Positions 1 through 10,860 of a DNA stretch of 48,861 nt are shown in pieces. The notes beneath the pieces were generated by a model. That model ran no database searches. It was not told the DNA's origin and was given only the letters and a program-made list of their open reading frames with translations. Where the stretch lies: the IMG/VR virus record IMGVR_UViG_3300020050_006655, one strand, 5' to 3'. The stretch's first letter is position 1. Each line of letters starts with the position of its first letter. This stretch comes from a virus (taxonomy: Duplodnaviria; Heunggongvirae; Uroviricota; Caudoviricetes). Made by a program: the position numbers and the translations under genes.

Positions 1-1835
1 GGATAATTGGTTCTTGTTGCTTCATTATAAGCGTTAAATACAGAGTCGCCAGATTTGGTAAAGTCTTCTTGAAACTGTGTTGTTTCTTCTTGTGTTGCTT
101 CTCTACCATTCTGTTTTTGGAATCTGTCTTGCCAAACAGGAGTTAATTCATTCTTTACGTGATCCCCAAATACTTTTTCCATTCCTTGTTGGCCAAGAAA
201 AGGTTGTGTATAATTTTGAGCAATGAGTAGACCCCATTTTTGTCTTCCTATTTCATCACCAGTGGCAACAGCAGAATCATACATAGCATGTATATATTCT
301 TCCTTCTTACCATCTTCCCAAGCCTTGTACATTTTGTTGGGATCAAGTTTACCATCTGTCTGGAGACTTGTTAAATCACCTTTAAAGTTCTTAATAAAGT
401 TTTCTTCAAGAATATTGATTATACCTTTCTGATCTGGAGCATCTTGTTTAACACCAACCTTCTTTAAAAGTTTATTGTACCATTTATCTTCGGACTCGGC
501 CTTACTATAACCATTAAGAAATCTATCTAAATTGTTATTTTCTTTAACTTGACCAACAAAACCCATACCAGAACCAAGAACAGAACCAAGAACCATTGCT
601 TCATGTAATTCTGTATTTTCCCAAAACTCATCTTTACCACCAAAGATATTACCAAGCAAATCATAACCTGCTTGAACAGCACCTGTCTTTCCAACTTCTA
701 TGTTCTGTTCGATCTGTGTTTGTAAACCTTCTTCAAATACACCTTCCTTTGCAGCATTCTTTAATGCGCCAGAACCATATTCCTTTGCTGTTTGCTTAAA
801 TGATTTATTGGCTTGTGATCTTAGAGCATTGTAATCCATAATACCATCTTTGGTTGCCTTAGCAATAACCGAATCTGCATTACTACCAAATGCTTTCCAA
901 ACCCATGCTTGTTCAAGAAGGTTACTTACCATCAACAATCCAAGGTTGGATTTAAACACGGATGATGCTTTTTCACCAGCAATTTCTCTTGCTCGTTCAT
1001 CAGACATTTCACCAGCCTTTACTTTATCTTTAAGTCCTTTATATGTATTATCAAATGTTCCTGCTGCTTCTGCTGCTGCTTCAAGTCCCGTATTAACTGT
1101 TGCTGCAACAATGCCATCAGCACCATTTATCCATGCTTGTCCTTCTCTTGCTTGTCCAGCAAGTTCAGCAACTTCTGGACTTAAACCAAGGAGTTTAGGT
1201 GCTGCTGTTATTTTACCAAGTTTTGTATTTGCTATTACTTCTGCCAATCCAGCAAGTGCTTTACCAGAACCAGCAAGTTTAGCAATAGCACCGGGTACAA
1301 ACATAGATAACATAAATCCAACACCATCTGCTCCTTGAGTTGCCCACCAAGCACCAGAACCCATTTTATCCAAGATATTACCATCTTGTATTTCTTGACT
1401 GATATGTACAGGCATTAATGCTTTTGTTTGTTCATCTAAAGACTCAAAGGCATTAACCCAACTATTATCAACCATTAGTGACATGGAATTTTTACCATCA
1501 CCAAATAGTTCATTACTTATACCCATTGCGGCACCACCAACATAACCGGGAGTTTTAAGAATCTCTGTACCAACTTTTGCTATTGTTCTACCAACACCTT
1601 TGGCAATAAGATCCATAGCACCTTGTTGTTCAGTCTTATAGTTTTGCAATGCTTGTTGGGCATAACGAGAATTACCCAAAGAAGAATATCCTTCTTCAAT
1701 GGGTACTTCCGTTACAAATTCCAAACCATTTGAAACTGCTTGATATGGGTTATTGGCTATTGGAGAACCAATACTTTCTTCAAAAGCAAAAGGGTTAAGT
1801 GGTGTTTGTTGTATATTAATTCTTGATTTGGACAT
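1..1835 (-). CDS. Large virion cargo/ejection protein, N-terminal ~611 aa (runs off the window start; absent from the ORF track)
   Basis: ATG at 1835 overlaps the TAA of the upstream gene (TAATG). Frame is open to the window edge: MSKSRINIQQTPLNPF...GAWWATQGADGVGFMLSMFVPGAIAKLAG...KEGVFEEGLQTQIEQ. Ala/Gly-rich hydrophobic stretches; third gene after the muzzle, where crAss-like phages keep cargo proteins. Confidence 0.7.
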   Translation of the reverse strand, partial: MSKSRINIQQTPLNPFAFEESIGSPIANNPYQAVSNGLEFVTEVPIEEGYSSLGNSRYAQQALQNYKTEQQGAMDLIAKGVGRTIAKVGTEILKTPGYVGGAAMGISNELFGDGKNSMSLMVDNSWVNAFESLDEQTKALMPVHISQEIQDGNILDKMGSGAWWATQGADGVGFMLSMFVPGAIAKLAGSGKALAGLAEVIANTKLGKITAAPKLLGLSPEVAELAGQAREGQAWINGADGIVAATVNTGLEAAAEAAGTFDNTYKGLKDKVKAGEMSDERAREIAGEKASSVFKSNLGLLMVSNLLEQAWVWKAFGSNADSVIAKATKDGIMDYNALRSQANKSFKQTAKEYGSGALKNAAKEGVFEEGLQTQIEQNIEVGKTGAVQAGYDLLGNIFGGKDEFWENTELHEAMVLGSVLGSGMGFVGQVKENNNLDRFLNGYSKAESEDKWYNKLLKKVGVKQDAPDQKGIINILEENFIKNFKGDLTSLQTDGKLDPNKMYKAWEDGKKEEYIHAMYDSAVATGDEIGRQKWGLLIAQNYTQPFLGQQGMEKVFGDHVKNELTPVWQDRFQKQNGREATQEETTQFQEDFTKSGDSVFNAYNEATRTNY

Positions 1836-4447
1836 TATCTTTTTGTTTCGGTAACTTCTACATTTGCTTTGGCCAATGTTTGTTTACCTGTTAAAAGTTT
1901 AGTTATACCAGATGTACTCTTATGTAAGATATTTCCTTTCTGATCTGGAACAGCAACCATATTACCTTGGGCATCTGGTGTTACAATCATTGTATAACCT
2001 TTATCGTCAGGTGGAAGAACACCCATTTGAATATATTGTCTACCACCAACTTCCATAGGATTACCTATTTGTGAAGTTCTCCATTTACGTTGGGACATAT
2101 CTTCAAATTGACCATTCTGATTCTTAAAGTAAATTGGTTGTAATGCTGTATTGGTAGTATTTAACTTACCAATAATCAAATCACCTGCTGCTTGTTTAGA
2201 ACCATCTTTACCATTCAATGCTTCTATATTATCAAGTATTCCTTCTGCATCATCTATTTCACCGTTGGATACTTTAGATATATATGCTTGTTCCATACCT
2301 CTAAGTACAGCAATATGTTCAGGACTACCCGGAACAATATTTACTTCTGTAAATCCTGTCTTGGTTGTTTTACCTTCCTTAACAGTACCAGATATTTTAA
2401 GAACAGGTTCACCAGATAGATTTTTACCGACGGCAATATTCTTTAAGTCAAAAGATTCAGGTTTAATCTCACCACCTTTACCATCTTCAAATTTAAGAGT
2501 TGTAGAACCAAACGAAACAAGATTTTTTGTACCATTTGAGTTCTCAATAAACTTCATGTAATTATCAAGAATTGGTCTAAGTGTTTTATCACCTGTACCA
2601 GCATATACTTCATAAGTACCAAGGGCACCATTCCAATCATATTTTGTTCCTGCTTCTGATTGTTTCTGAACATCTTCTTTCATTGTTCTGTTAAACAATT
2701 CGGCAACATTAACTTCTTTGTCAACAATCACATTACCATAAGAAGCAACGCCTCTAGTTGACTTTTTAAATTCATCAGGATTACTAAGAGATCTATTGAT
2801 AAGATCACCATCAGATTCATTTGGTTTTCTAAACTGATTTAGCATTTCCAAATTCTTCTTACCTTCTGGAGTATTCACATACTGTTCACCAACTTTAGAT
2901 AATGCTTTTTCCATTCTAAGATTATCTTGGGTAACATCATTCAAATTGTCTAATGATTGTTTGATTCCAGATTCACTCAAAGGGAGTTGAAGTTCTGTTG
3001 TAATAGCATCAATATCTTTTGTCGTAAAGTTATATGAAGAATTACCTCTAAGGGCTTGTTCAAATGCTGCTGGATCACCATTGGTCTTTTCCCATAAATC
3101 ATAAGCAGTTGCTATATTCTCTGGAGTCCAACCTTTAAATGCTGATTTATCCAATGTCTTTTGAAAGTTCTGTTTAACGTCTGTTGCTTGTTTCTTTAGG
3201 TTACTTGCATAGTCAAACAGTTTAGGAAGTTGTTGGGCAACACCAGAACCAACAAATATATTTGAGTTAGGTTCTGCTTTCATTTCATATTCAAGACGTC
3301 TAGCAGCAATATCATTTGCTCTATTCTTAGTCTGATAGTCAAGTTTAGCATCCATTGCTTTATTGAATATAAGATCCTTATCAACTTTGGTATAAGCACC
3401 ACGAAGGGCATAGTTCTCATAATCATTATAAACATCTTGTCTAAGATTACCAAGTAAATCAAATTTACCTTTTTGTTCTTTTACAAGTTGTTTTTGTGAG
3501 TCAACAAATTCTTTTGCTGCCTTTTCTGTAAATTGTCCAAACTGACCATCAACAGTAATGTTATAACCATTATCTGCTAATGTTTGTTGAAGTTGTTTTG
3601 TTTTAAGCGGGTCTGATTTTGCTTCTTCAATTGTTTTTTCAATCTGTCTTAACTGATTGTCCAAACCAGATTCATAATTCTGTTGATATTTCTTTGGGTC
3701 AGTTGATATTGCTTTATATTGAGCATCTCTATCTAACTGACCAGCAAATTCAGGTTGTTCAGCAAGTGCTTGAAAAGCAAGTCTGATTTGTTCGGCAGGA
3801 CGGGTTTCTGTTTTAATTTTTGTTAACCACCAATCCTTATTTGTATTACCAAGGAATTGTGTATCACCAGATTCTTTGATCTCCTTTAACATATCATCAG
3901 CAGCCTTTCTAAGATCAGGGTCATTTACAGTTGATACTGTAAAATCTTGCTTACCAGTTCTGCTTTGAGGGTCGTATCCAATTGGAGCATTTATTTCATC
4001 TTGAAACTGTTTAAGAGCAAGAGTTTTATTTATCCCACGCTTATCGTCTTTATAGAATGTTTCAAGTTCTTTTTGACGTGCTGCTGCATTTTGGTATCTT
4101 TTATTAAGAAGATCAGCAGTCCCACCGGGAGTCCATTGTTCTTTAACATCATAGATGAATTGATTGTTTGCTGCTTTACCTGCTTGGATACCTTGCTTAT
4201 AAGCATCAGCAACTCTTTGTACACCTTGATCTACAAATTGATTATACTGTTGAAGAAGTGCTTTATCTTCAACAGTATTCAGTGCGTTTGGCCTCATCTG
4301 ACTAACCATCTTAGGTTGATCTATTTGACCTTGTGTTGCTTGAAGGACTTGATCCAACCCTTCAAAATTTAATTCGGGAAGTTTTGGTATTGCTGTTTGC
4401 CAAGACCAGTCATACCTTGGTATTTTATCAAAACGATTTATGGCCAT
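1835..4447 (-). CDS. Virion cargo/ejection protein (870 aa)
   Basis: Long helical Q/K-rich ORF coupled by TAATG overlaps at both ends; second gene after the muzzle. Confidence 0.6.
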   Translation of the reverse strand: MAINRFDKIPRYDWSWQTAIPKLPELNFEGLDQVLQATQGQIDQPKMVSQMRPNALNTVEDKALLQQYNQFVDQGVQRVADAYKQGIQAGKAANNQFIYDVKEQWTPGGTADLLNKRYQNAAARQKELETFYKDDKRGINKTLALKQFQDEINAPIGYDPQSRTGKQDFTVSTVNDPDLRKAADDMLKEIKESGDTQFLGNTNKDWWLTKIKTETRPAEQIRLAFQALAEQPEFAGQLDRDAQYKAISTDPKKYQQNYESGLDNQLRQIEKTIEEAKSDPLKTKQLQQTLADNGYNITVDGQFGQFTEKAAKEFVDSQKQLVKEQKGKFDLLGNLRQDVYNDYENYALRGAYTKVDKDLIFNKAMDAKLDYQTKNRANDIAARRLEYEMKAEPNSNIFVGSGVAQQLPKLFDYASNLKKQATDVKQNFQKTLDKSAFKGWTPENIATAYDLWEKTNGDPAAFEQALRGNSSYNFTTKDIDAITTELQLPLSESGIKQSLDNLNDVTQDNLRMEKALSKVGEQYVNTPEGKKNLEMLNQFRKPNESDGDLINRSLSNPDEFKKSTRGVASYGNVIVDKEVNVAELFNRTMKEDVQKQSEAGTKYDWNGALGTYEVYAGTGDKTLRPILDNYMKFIENSNGTKNLVSFGSTTLKFEDGKGGEIKPESFDLKNIAVGKNLSGEPVLKISGTVKEGKTTKTGFTEVNIVPGSPEHIAVLRGMEQAYISKVSNGEIDDAEGILDNIEALNGKDGSKQAAGDLIIGKLNTTNTALQPIYFKNQNGQFEDMSQRKWRTSQIGNPMEVGGRQYIQMGVLPPDDKGYTMIVTPDAQGNMVAVPDQKGNILHKSTSGITKLLTGKQTLAKANVEVTETKR

Positions 4448-6003
4448 TACTTTGTATTTTGTTTAACGTCCTGTCTAACATTTGCAGGAACGTAAGTTAA
4501 AAAGTCATCTATTGAAATTTCACCGTTCTGAAACTTCTGAACAATATTGGGATCAACTTTCAGATTAGGATATTTGGTATTCAAAAGAGCAAGAGTTTGG
4601 TTGGTATTAAACTGGTTAATATCTTTCTGGTTCTGTATAATCTTTTGTGTCTCGCCATATTTATTAAGACTTGAACCTATTTCTGATAAGTTACTAAACA
4701 AATCACGTTGGAAACCTCTTTGATTTGCTTGGTTCATCTGATTGTTTGCTCTATTTTGTTGTTGTCTATTAGCAATATCAACTGTTTTGTTTGCTTCATA
4801 TTGACCTTTGGATAAATTCAATTGGCTATTGGCATTTGCTTGTCCTTCTGATATTCTTCCAATTTGATCTCCAAGAGTTCCAAGTCTTGCTGCTTCACGA
4901 CCCAACATCTGATTATATCCAGAAGAACCGCTTCTATTCATACTGGCAAGTACATTAGATGTACCAACAGCATCTTGTTTTGCTTGACTATAATCAATGG
5001 TCGCTTCTTTTATATAATTGTCTGCTGCTGTATAATTAGGTTTAATTAGGTTTTCCTTTTCGGCAGGCTGAAGCGCATCAAATACAGAACGACCAAGAGC
5101 AAGTGTTTTAAGCCCAAGAGCAATACTATTGGAAAAATCTTTTCTTACTTTTTTGGGTTTAGTTTCATCCACTGGTTCTGGCACATTTGGTTCAGGAACA
5201 GATGGTATTTTTAACATCTGATAGTCACCTTTAGGTAATGCTTCTAGCGGCCCACCACCACCATGTTCCCTATATCTAAAGTTTTTACTTAGTATTACTG
5301 ATACAGGTTTCTCATAATCTATATTAAAGTTGTTTGCAAATTTATTTGCAGCACCTCTATTAAGAGATATAAGAGGATCAATAGGACTTGTCATCATACC
5401 AACAACAGGACGCTGTTTAACCATTGTAGATTCTTGTGAAGGTGGATCTGTTGGCCCACCATACATTTTCTTTTTCATAGAACCGCCACAAGCAAATTCA
5501 GCAACAGCACGACTTACATCGTTTAGTTTGGAAAGTTCCGACATGGTTCTGTTAAGCGAGTTCTTTTCATCAGTATAGAACCTTGAACCTTTAAACTTGT
5601 TATTTGTTTTTCTTGCATCCATGTTATATGTATTTCCTGTATTTGGATTAACAAGTGTATCAGACATTACATAAGGTTGACCTTTAATCTTAAAGGTGTT
5701 TTCTTTGTTCTGTACAGCATTGGTTCCATTTTGATCTGGAATACCATTGCTGTTCACAACAAGGTCTTTACCTGATTTGTGACTACCCGTATTGTACTGT
5801 TTAAATCCATCTTGAATTAAACCACCAAGAGCATAACCAAAAGGATTTGTAATTTGTTGTATAGGTGCTTGTACTTGTTCCTGTCTTTTAGGCCCGAACA
5901 TTTCATCACCCATACTAATAAGAGGACTAAGTAATTGTCCGCCGGGAATTAGAGAAGCCAAACCAGCTAAGATTTGGCCTCCTTGAGAATATTTTCTTTT
6001 CAC
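4447..6003 (-). CDS. Virion cargo protein 1-like (~518 aa from a GTG start)
   Basis: GTG at 6003 overlaps the muzzle TGA (GTGA). Repeated (Y/F)xxGG-type motifs (KYSQGG, YALGG, FACGG), a GSHKSG...VQNKE...YVMSDTL segment and a Q/N-rich C-terminus, as in crAss-like cargo proteins. Confidence 0.65.
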   Translation of the reverse strand: MKRKYSQGGQILAGLASLIPGGQLLSPLISMGDEMFGPKRQEQVQAPIQQITNPFGYALGGLIQDGFKQYNTGSHKSGKDLVVNSNGIPDQNGTNAVQNKENTFKIKGQPYVMSDTLVNPNTGNTYNMDARKTNNKFKGSRFYTDEKNSLNRTMSELSKLNDVSRAVAEFACGGSMKKKMYGGPTDPPSQESTMVKQRPVVGMMTSPIDPLISLNRGAANKFANNFNIDYEKPVSVILSKNFRYREHGGGGPLEALPKGDYQMLKIPSVPEPNVPEPVDETKPKKVRKDFSNSIALGLKTLALGRSVFDALQPAEKENLIKPNYTAADNYIKEATIDYSQAKQDAVGTSNVLASMNRSGSSGYNQMLGREAARLGTLGDQIGRISEGQANANSQLNLSKGQYEANKTVDIANRQQQNRANNQMNQANQRGFQRDLFSNLSEIGSSLNKYGETQKIIQNQKDINQFNTNQTLALLNTKYPNLKVDPNIVQKFQNGEISIDDFLTYVPANVRQDVKQNTK

Positions 6004-9000
6004 GATACTGAATATTGAAGTTGTATTTGATTGAGTATGAACAGTATCTTTGAGTCTGTAACAGGTTTGAAAAACAATCTTGTTGTTACATGTTTGTCCC
6101 AAAGATCAGACCATTGATATTGGTTCTTGCTAAAGTCTATGTTTGCAGTATTTACCACCTGATCTATATAAGAACCATACGATCTTACTTGAAGCCAGTT
6201 TTTTGTATTTACTGGTTGACCTATAGACATGTCAAATAGATCTGCTATCTTATAATTGTTATCCGTTTTAATAACAAAGTTATTTGGTGGAACAACATAA
6301 GTATTAGCGTATGGATTTACATTAGCATCTATTAACGTAAGATTTAACAATCCTGTAGATTGGTTATTGTTATAACAAACAACTTTGTTAAATGTTTCAG
6401 GTTGTTCCAACCACTGTTTATTTGAACTGTCCCACGTATAAGTATAGCCTTGGTAATGTACATTGAACAACCTATTTGTGTTTATATCAAAGGTTGTAAA
6501 TTCTATAATAGCATCATACTTATCACTATAGAACGTCTGATAATTTGACTGATGAAGATGTTTGTAGATAATAGCATCTTTCTGTGTATAAAAGAAATCA
6601 TTATCTGAAAAACCTATCGGTGGAATATATGAGTGCCAAGAAATCCATCTATTAGATTTGAAATCAAAACTCATTGTCCAACTCTTGTCTTCAAACTTGG
6701 TAAAATCTTCTGACGGAACGTTTGATGTAATCAGAACACCACCAGAATAATAATCCCAATAGAATCCGTTATGATACATTCCTGTAGATGGTATGGATAC
6801 TGAACCAAGAGCATTTCTATCACGTTTGGTAACAATCAATCTTTTATATCTTGGATCATAATAAAGATGTACACCATAACCATAATTAGGAATAGTACTA
6901 TTAAGAGTAGGAGTATTTCCTGTAAGACCATATATCTGTCTTCTTTGTTCAGATGGCAGATTTTCCTTAAACCATTGACTTAACCCAATATCAGATATAA
7001 TAGACAATCTATCGTTATAACCAAATATCTGACCTCTTTTTTGATCTACCCATCCATGTAGAAAATCATTTGTAAGATATGCCTGTTTAGATTGACATCC
7101 AGCAAAACCTAAATCTGTTTGATTAAGTTCTTGTGGTGGAATAGATAAGAAGTCTCCAGTAGTAAGATATACCTGATTAGCATTGGTCTGTAATGTTTGT
7201 GGATTGGGTTGAAGAATAAATGTTCCATCAACACAGTGAACAAACAGCATGTTCTTGTAATACTTAATTCCTCTAATATCTCCTCTATGACCCGGAATAT
7301 CTATATAATCATTTACCAGATTCTCTCTATACTTATCTTCGACTTCTTCTTTAAAAGAAACAGGACTAAAGATAATCCTGTGAGGATAAAGATTTAAACA
7401 TTCAGAACAATAATCAAAATCCCTACTAAGAGGAATCTTTGCTATTTGGTTCTGTTGTTTGTTATAATCAGCATTGTTGTTATACACTTCTGGAATCCTA
7501 TCAAATTTTTCCTTAAGAATATAACCAGCAAACCTATCTGGATTTTCAGATGCAACTTTAAGAACATTGCGCATATCTCCCACTTCTGGTTTATAATGAC
7601 TATGTTCAGGTGTTATACCACCATATCTAAGACTTGCATTGAATTGTTGTTCTTCCCATCTATCTCTCCAATAAGTAGCATGTGCAAATCTATCAACACT
7701 AACGGTTAAAGGATCTGTGGGAAGTACAAGTGATCTAAGAGCATTCTGTTGGACTATAAGTGTATCACCATTATAGGATTGACCAAGTGTTGTATAGAAT
7801 GGATTTAGGTTTAGATACTTATAAGTAATAGCAAACAGATTATTGTATGGATCAATATTTCTTTTACGATAAACATAAAAGTTATTTGCTCTTAGATATG
7901 CTGATGGTGCTGTTGGGCTTGTAGCAAAATCTTGTCCCGGAACAACTGCTTCACTATCTTCTATATCAGAAGTAAGTGTAGATACTGCGGAATTGGAAAA
8001 CCAATCATTTGATTCTACATTAATACCAATAACATTGGATAGTTTACCACCGGGCGGAACAACAACACCATTCTCTATTTTATAATTGGTTGTTGCTGGT
8101 GCTGTATGAAGAACATAAGACATGTTCATTATGATGGAATAAAGTTTGGCATCATAAGGAGCAGGATCTTCAAGATCGACTAAGAAGTAAGGAAATGTTC
8201 CCGGAGCAATTGGGCCTGAACTAAACTTATAAATTTGGTTAAACTTATAATAATCAGCAGGGGTTAAACGACTATTAAAAAGAACATTACTTGAAGTATA
8301 TCTACCATACTTTTTAGGTGGTGGAATAGGACTGATACTATCATCAAAATAATCCATTTCCATTGCTGTTAAAAACAGATTGTCTGGAATAGGGCTTGCA
8401 TAGTTATGGTGAAGTGCTTTGGTCAAATAACCACTATCTGTAACAGTTTTAGAAAGATCATCTCTTTCACCCATACACAATCTAAAACCAACAACACCAG
8501 ACGGAAAAGAAGTAAGTTGTGCTTTTATTCCAAGTTGTACAATGTATTCATTACTGTTTATGTGGGGGACAAGTTTTCTATCTGGAAATCTGTGATGTCT
8601 TATTTTTGTTCCAGCAAGACTTCCGTAAATAGGATTACCATTACAATCCTCAATTGTCGGATATAATTGCTCTGATTCATGGTATCCAAACTCACCTTCA
8701 TATCCATAAGGATGTGGAAAAGATGTACCTGTAATAGATGCTGTGTTGATTACTTTCCATCTTGCAACTTGTTGACCAAGAGAAAAACCTAAATGCTCAA
8801 CGTCAGATAACCAGATTTGATTTAATCCAAGAACAGAACCATTACTGACTACAGTTAATAATTGGGTATCCGTAATTGTAGATTGTCTACCAGCCTTATG
8901 TATTACAGGACTCCACTCACCATCAGCAAATAAGAATTGAATACCAATAGCATATACCTCATCCCCTTGAAAGTTTGTTTTATACCAATAAGTAAGAGGA

Positions 9001-10115
9001 TCTTTTGGATTACCTATACTTACCTGATCTGTTCTTGATTCTTCTGCTACCCAACTAAGAGTAAGATTAGTATTAACAAATGTTTGTAATTGCGAGTAAT
9101 CCCTATTCTTTCCTTTAAGATTTGCTCTCAATAATCTTCCTTGAACCTGTTCCATTACATAACTGGATTCATAAGAAGCAAGAGGAATAAGCATTGATGT
9201 ATAATCAATGACAGTATCACCATTACTTACGCTCAATCCCGTATAAGTCCAATCAAGTGTTGAACCTGATATTGGAAGTAAACTCGCTACTTGATGTGCA
9301 AGTATTACTTGATTTGCTGAAATTTGATATGCAACATTAACACGGATGTATGATTGACTAGTATCAATGTTTGAAAACCTAAGTGTAATAGATTTACTTG
9401 TTGCTTGTATTCCACCAACAGCCTGATCGAATTGGGGGTAATTTACATCACCATCAATATTGTCTATTGAAGATGTAAGACTATCGTCAAAGATAACTGT
9501 TTGGGGACTTATGTCTGTCTTATAAACAGTATTAAAGTTCTTATCTAAAACTTCTATCTGAAAATAGTATGAACCAACTTGGAGTGTACCACCAGTATCA
9601 TTTACAGATAAAAGATCTATATTGGGAACAGCAATAGAAGGATTAAAAGAAAACTTATTTATGTCAAAATTACCAGCAGTTTTAAAATCATCTGGTTTAC
9701 TTGCATTAAACCATCTATCTGGATTCTTATGGTCTGACCAATAATAAATATCATCACAACCATTCTTAACACGATATTCACCACTGATAGGAAAAGCAGG
9801 ATCAAATCCAAAATTACCCCTTGCAAGTTCATTATATTTGTTATCCTTGATTAAGGATATATAATCATTTGAATTAGCCTTAAAGAATATAACTATCTCA
9901 TTTTCCTTTCCGTTAATAAAACCAATGATCTGTGAACCAGATGGAAGAACATGTAATGCTTGATTACCGGGTTCAGATTGATATTCAGGTAAACCACCAT
10001 CATGGCTATCCTTAATCATGTTAAGCGCAAATCCAATATTTTGTTGATCTGGAAATGTTCTATCTTTTTCTATACCTGTATGTTGGTGTACAACCTCTTT
10101 ATCTAATGGAGACAT
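6000..10115 (-). CDS. Tail muzzle / stabilization protein (P22 gp10-like, crAss type), 1371 aa
   Basis: Size, beta-rich composition, motifs DEVYAIGIQFLFADGEWSPVIH and WTMSFDFKSNRWISWHSYIP; lies between ring protein and cargo genes. Confidence 0.75.
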   Translation of the reverse strand: MSPLDKEVVHQHTGIEKDRTFPDQQNIGFALNMIKDSHDGGLPEYQSEPGNQALHVLPSGSQIIGFINGKENEIVIFFKANSNDYISLIKDNKYNELARGNFGFDPAFPISGEYRVKNGCDDIYYWSDHKNPDRWFNASKPDDFKTAGNFDINKFSFNPSIAVPNIDLLSVNDTGGTLQVGSYYFQIEVLDKNFNTVYKTDISPQTVIFDDSLTSSIDNIDGDVNYPQFDQAVGGIQATSKSITLRFSNIDTSQSYIRVNVAYQISANQVILAHQVASLLPISGSTLDWTYTGLSVSNGDTVIDYTSMLIPLASYESSYVMEQVQGRLLRANLKGKNRDYSQLQTFVNTNLTLSWVAEESRTDQVSIGNPKDPLTYWYKTNFQGDEVYAIGIQFLFADGEWSPVIHKAGRQSTITDTQLLTVVSNGSVLGLNQIWLSDVEHLGFSLGQQVARWKVINTASITGTSFPHPYGYEGEFGYHESEQLYPTIEDCNGNPIYGSLAGTKIRHHRFPDRKLVPHINSNEYIVQLGIKAQLTSFPSGVVGFRLCMGERDDLSKTVTDSGYLTKALHHNYASPIPDNLFLTAMEMDYFDDSISPIPPPKKYGRYTSSNVLFNSRLTPADYYKFNQIYKFSSGPIAPGTFPYFLVDLEDPAPYDAKLYSIIMNMSYVLHTAPATTNYKIENGVVVPPGGKLSNVIGINVESNDWFSNSAVSTLTSDIEDSEAVVPGQDFATSPTAPSAYLRANNFYVYRKRNIDPYNNLFAITYKYLNLNPFYTTLGQSYNGDTLIVQQNALRSLVLPTDPLTVSVDRFAHATYWRDRWEEQQFNASLRYGGITPEHSHYKPEVGDMRNVLKVASENPDRFAGYILKEKFDRIPEVYNNNADYNKQQNQIAKIPLSRDFDYCSECLNLYPHRIIFSPVSFKEEVEDKYRENLVNDYIDIPGHRGDIRGIKYYKNMLFVHCVDGTFILQPNPQTLQTNANQVYLTTGDFLSIPPQELNQTDLGFAGCQSKQAYLTNDFLHGWVDQKRGQIFGYNDRLSIISDIGLSQWFKENLPSEQRRQIYGLTGNTPTLNSTIPNYGYGVHLYYDPRYKRLIVTKRDRNALGSVSIPSTGMYHNGFYWDYYSGGVLITSNVPSEDFTKFEDKSWTMSFDFKSNRWISWHSYIPPIGFSDNDFFYTQKDAIIYKHLHQSNYQTFYSDKYDAIIEFTTFDINTNRLFNVHYQGYTYTWDSSNKQWLEQPETFNKVVCYNNNQSTGLLNLTLIDANVNPYANTYVVPPNNFVIKTDNNYKIADLFDMSIGQPVNTKNWLQVRSYGSYIDQVVNTANIDFSKNQYQWSDLWDKHVTTRLFFKPVTDSKILFILNQIQLQYSVS

Positions 10116-10860
10116 TTGCGTATGATTTTAAAAGGTTAAAATAAGACTGTTGAGAAACACTAAGATTATCAGCATTTGTATTCAACATCATTTGTTCACC
10201 TCTTGCACGTCTGAATAGAATATCAAGTTCCTGTCTGTACATAATATATATATTAGACGCACCTTCTTCTTTCATAAGCATCTTGTTTTCATATACACGT
10301 TTAAGAATAAACTTCCTAATATATTCAGCAAGTACTTCGCTTGTTGGTATAATCATATCTCCATTCTCGTCACATTCAAGACCAAGATAATGAAAACATA
10401 AATAACCTTCTGTAACAGATGAATAAAGCGTTTTGTCTTTTATTGTAAATTGTTCTGTACAACTATTTACATTTGGACACATCCTACATAAGAGACTTTT
10501 ATCGCCAACATATTTAAGTGGTACAAAAGATTCTTGAAAATAAGAAGAATCCAAAAATATCTTTACATACACATCTAATTTACAAGTTACTGCTTGTACT
10601 TCTTCTGGAGTCGTACAATCAAATATCTGACATTCTGTTGGATTTGGATCATTTAATTGCCAGAACACACCCATGACTTTTTTAAAATCATCTGGTACTG
10701 TTACTGTCCCGTTTACAAGATGTAAGTACTTAACCTTCTCAACAAGTGTTGTATCTGGTAAAAATCCAATTGCTTCCTTGACCCAACTCCTCAAATCATA
10801 ATCTTGATATTCATCAAGAACCATTTGAGGTAGTGAACCTATAACTTCGTTAATTGTCAT
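10099..10860 (-). CDS. Tail ring/neck protein
   Basis: 253 aa, Cys-rich, DENGDMIIP motif; immediately before the muzzle as in crAss-like synteny. Confidence 0.6.
   Translation of the reverse strand: MTINEVIGSLPQMVLDEYQDYDLRSWVKEAIGFLPDTTLVEKVKYLHLVNGTVTVPDDFKKVMGVFWQLNDPNPTECQIFDCTTPEEVQAVTCKLDVYVKIFLDSSYFQESFVPLKYVGDKSLLCRMCPNVNSCTEQFTIKDKTLYSSVTEGYLCFHYLGLECDENGDMIIPTSEVLAEYIRKFILKRVYENKMLMKEEGASNIYIMYRQELDILFRRARGEQMMLNTNADNLSVSQQSYFNLLKSYANVSIR

Noticed and set aside
850-1338. Plus-strand ORFs antisense to the structural operon (e.g. 850-1338, 2151-2561, 19425-19733, 28536-29207)
   Set aside because: Shadow frames of Thr/Gly/Ala-rich minus-strand genes with no independent motifs.
4447-6102. 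ORF-track starts at 6102, 12051, 17234, 42380, 44377 and 46940
   Set aside because: They extend deep into neighbouring genes or precede better-coupled starts; 6003, 12000, 17219, 42362, 44233 and 46970 were preferred.
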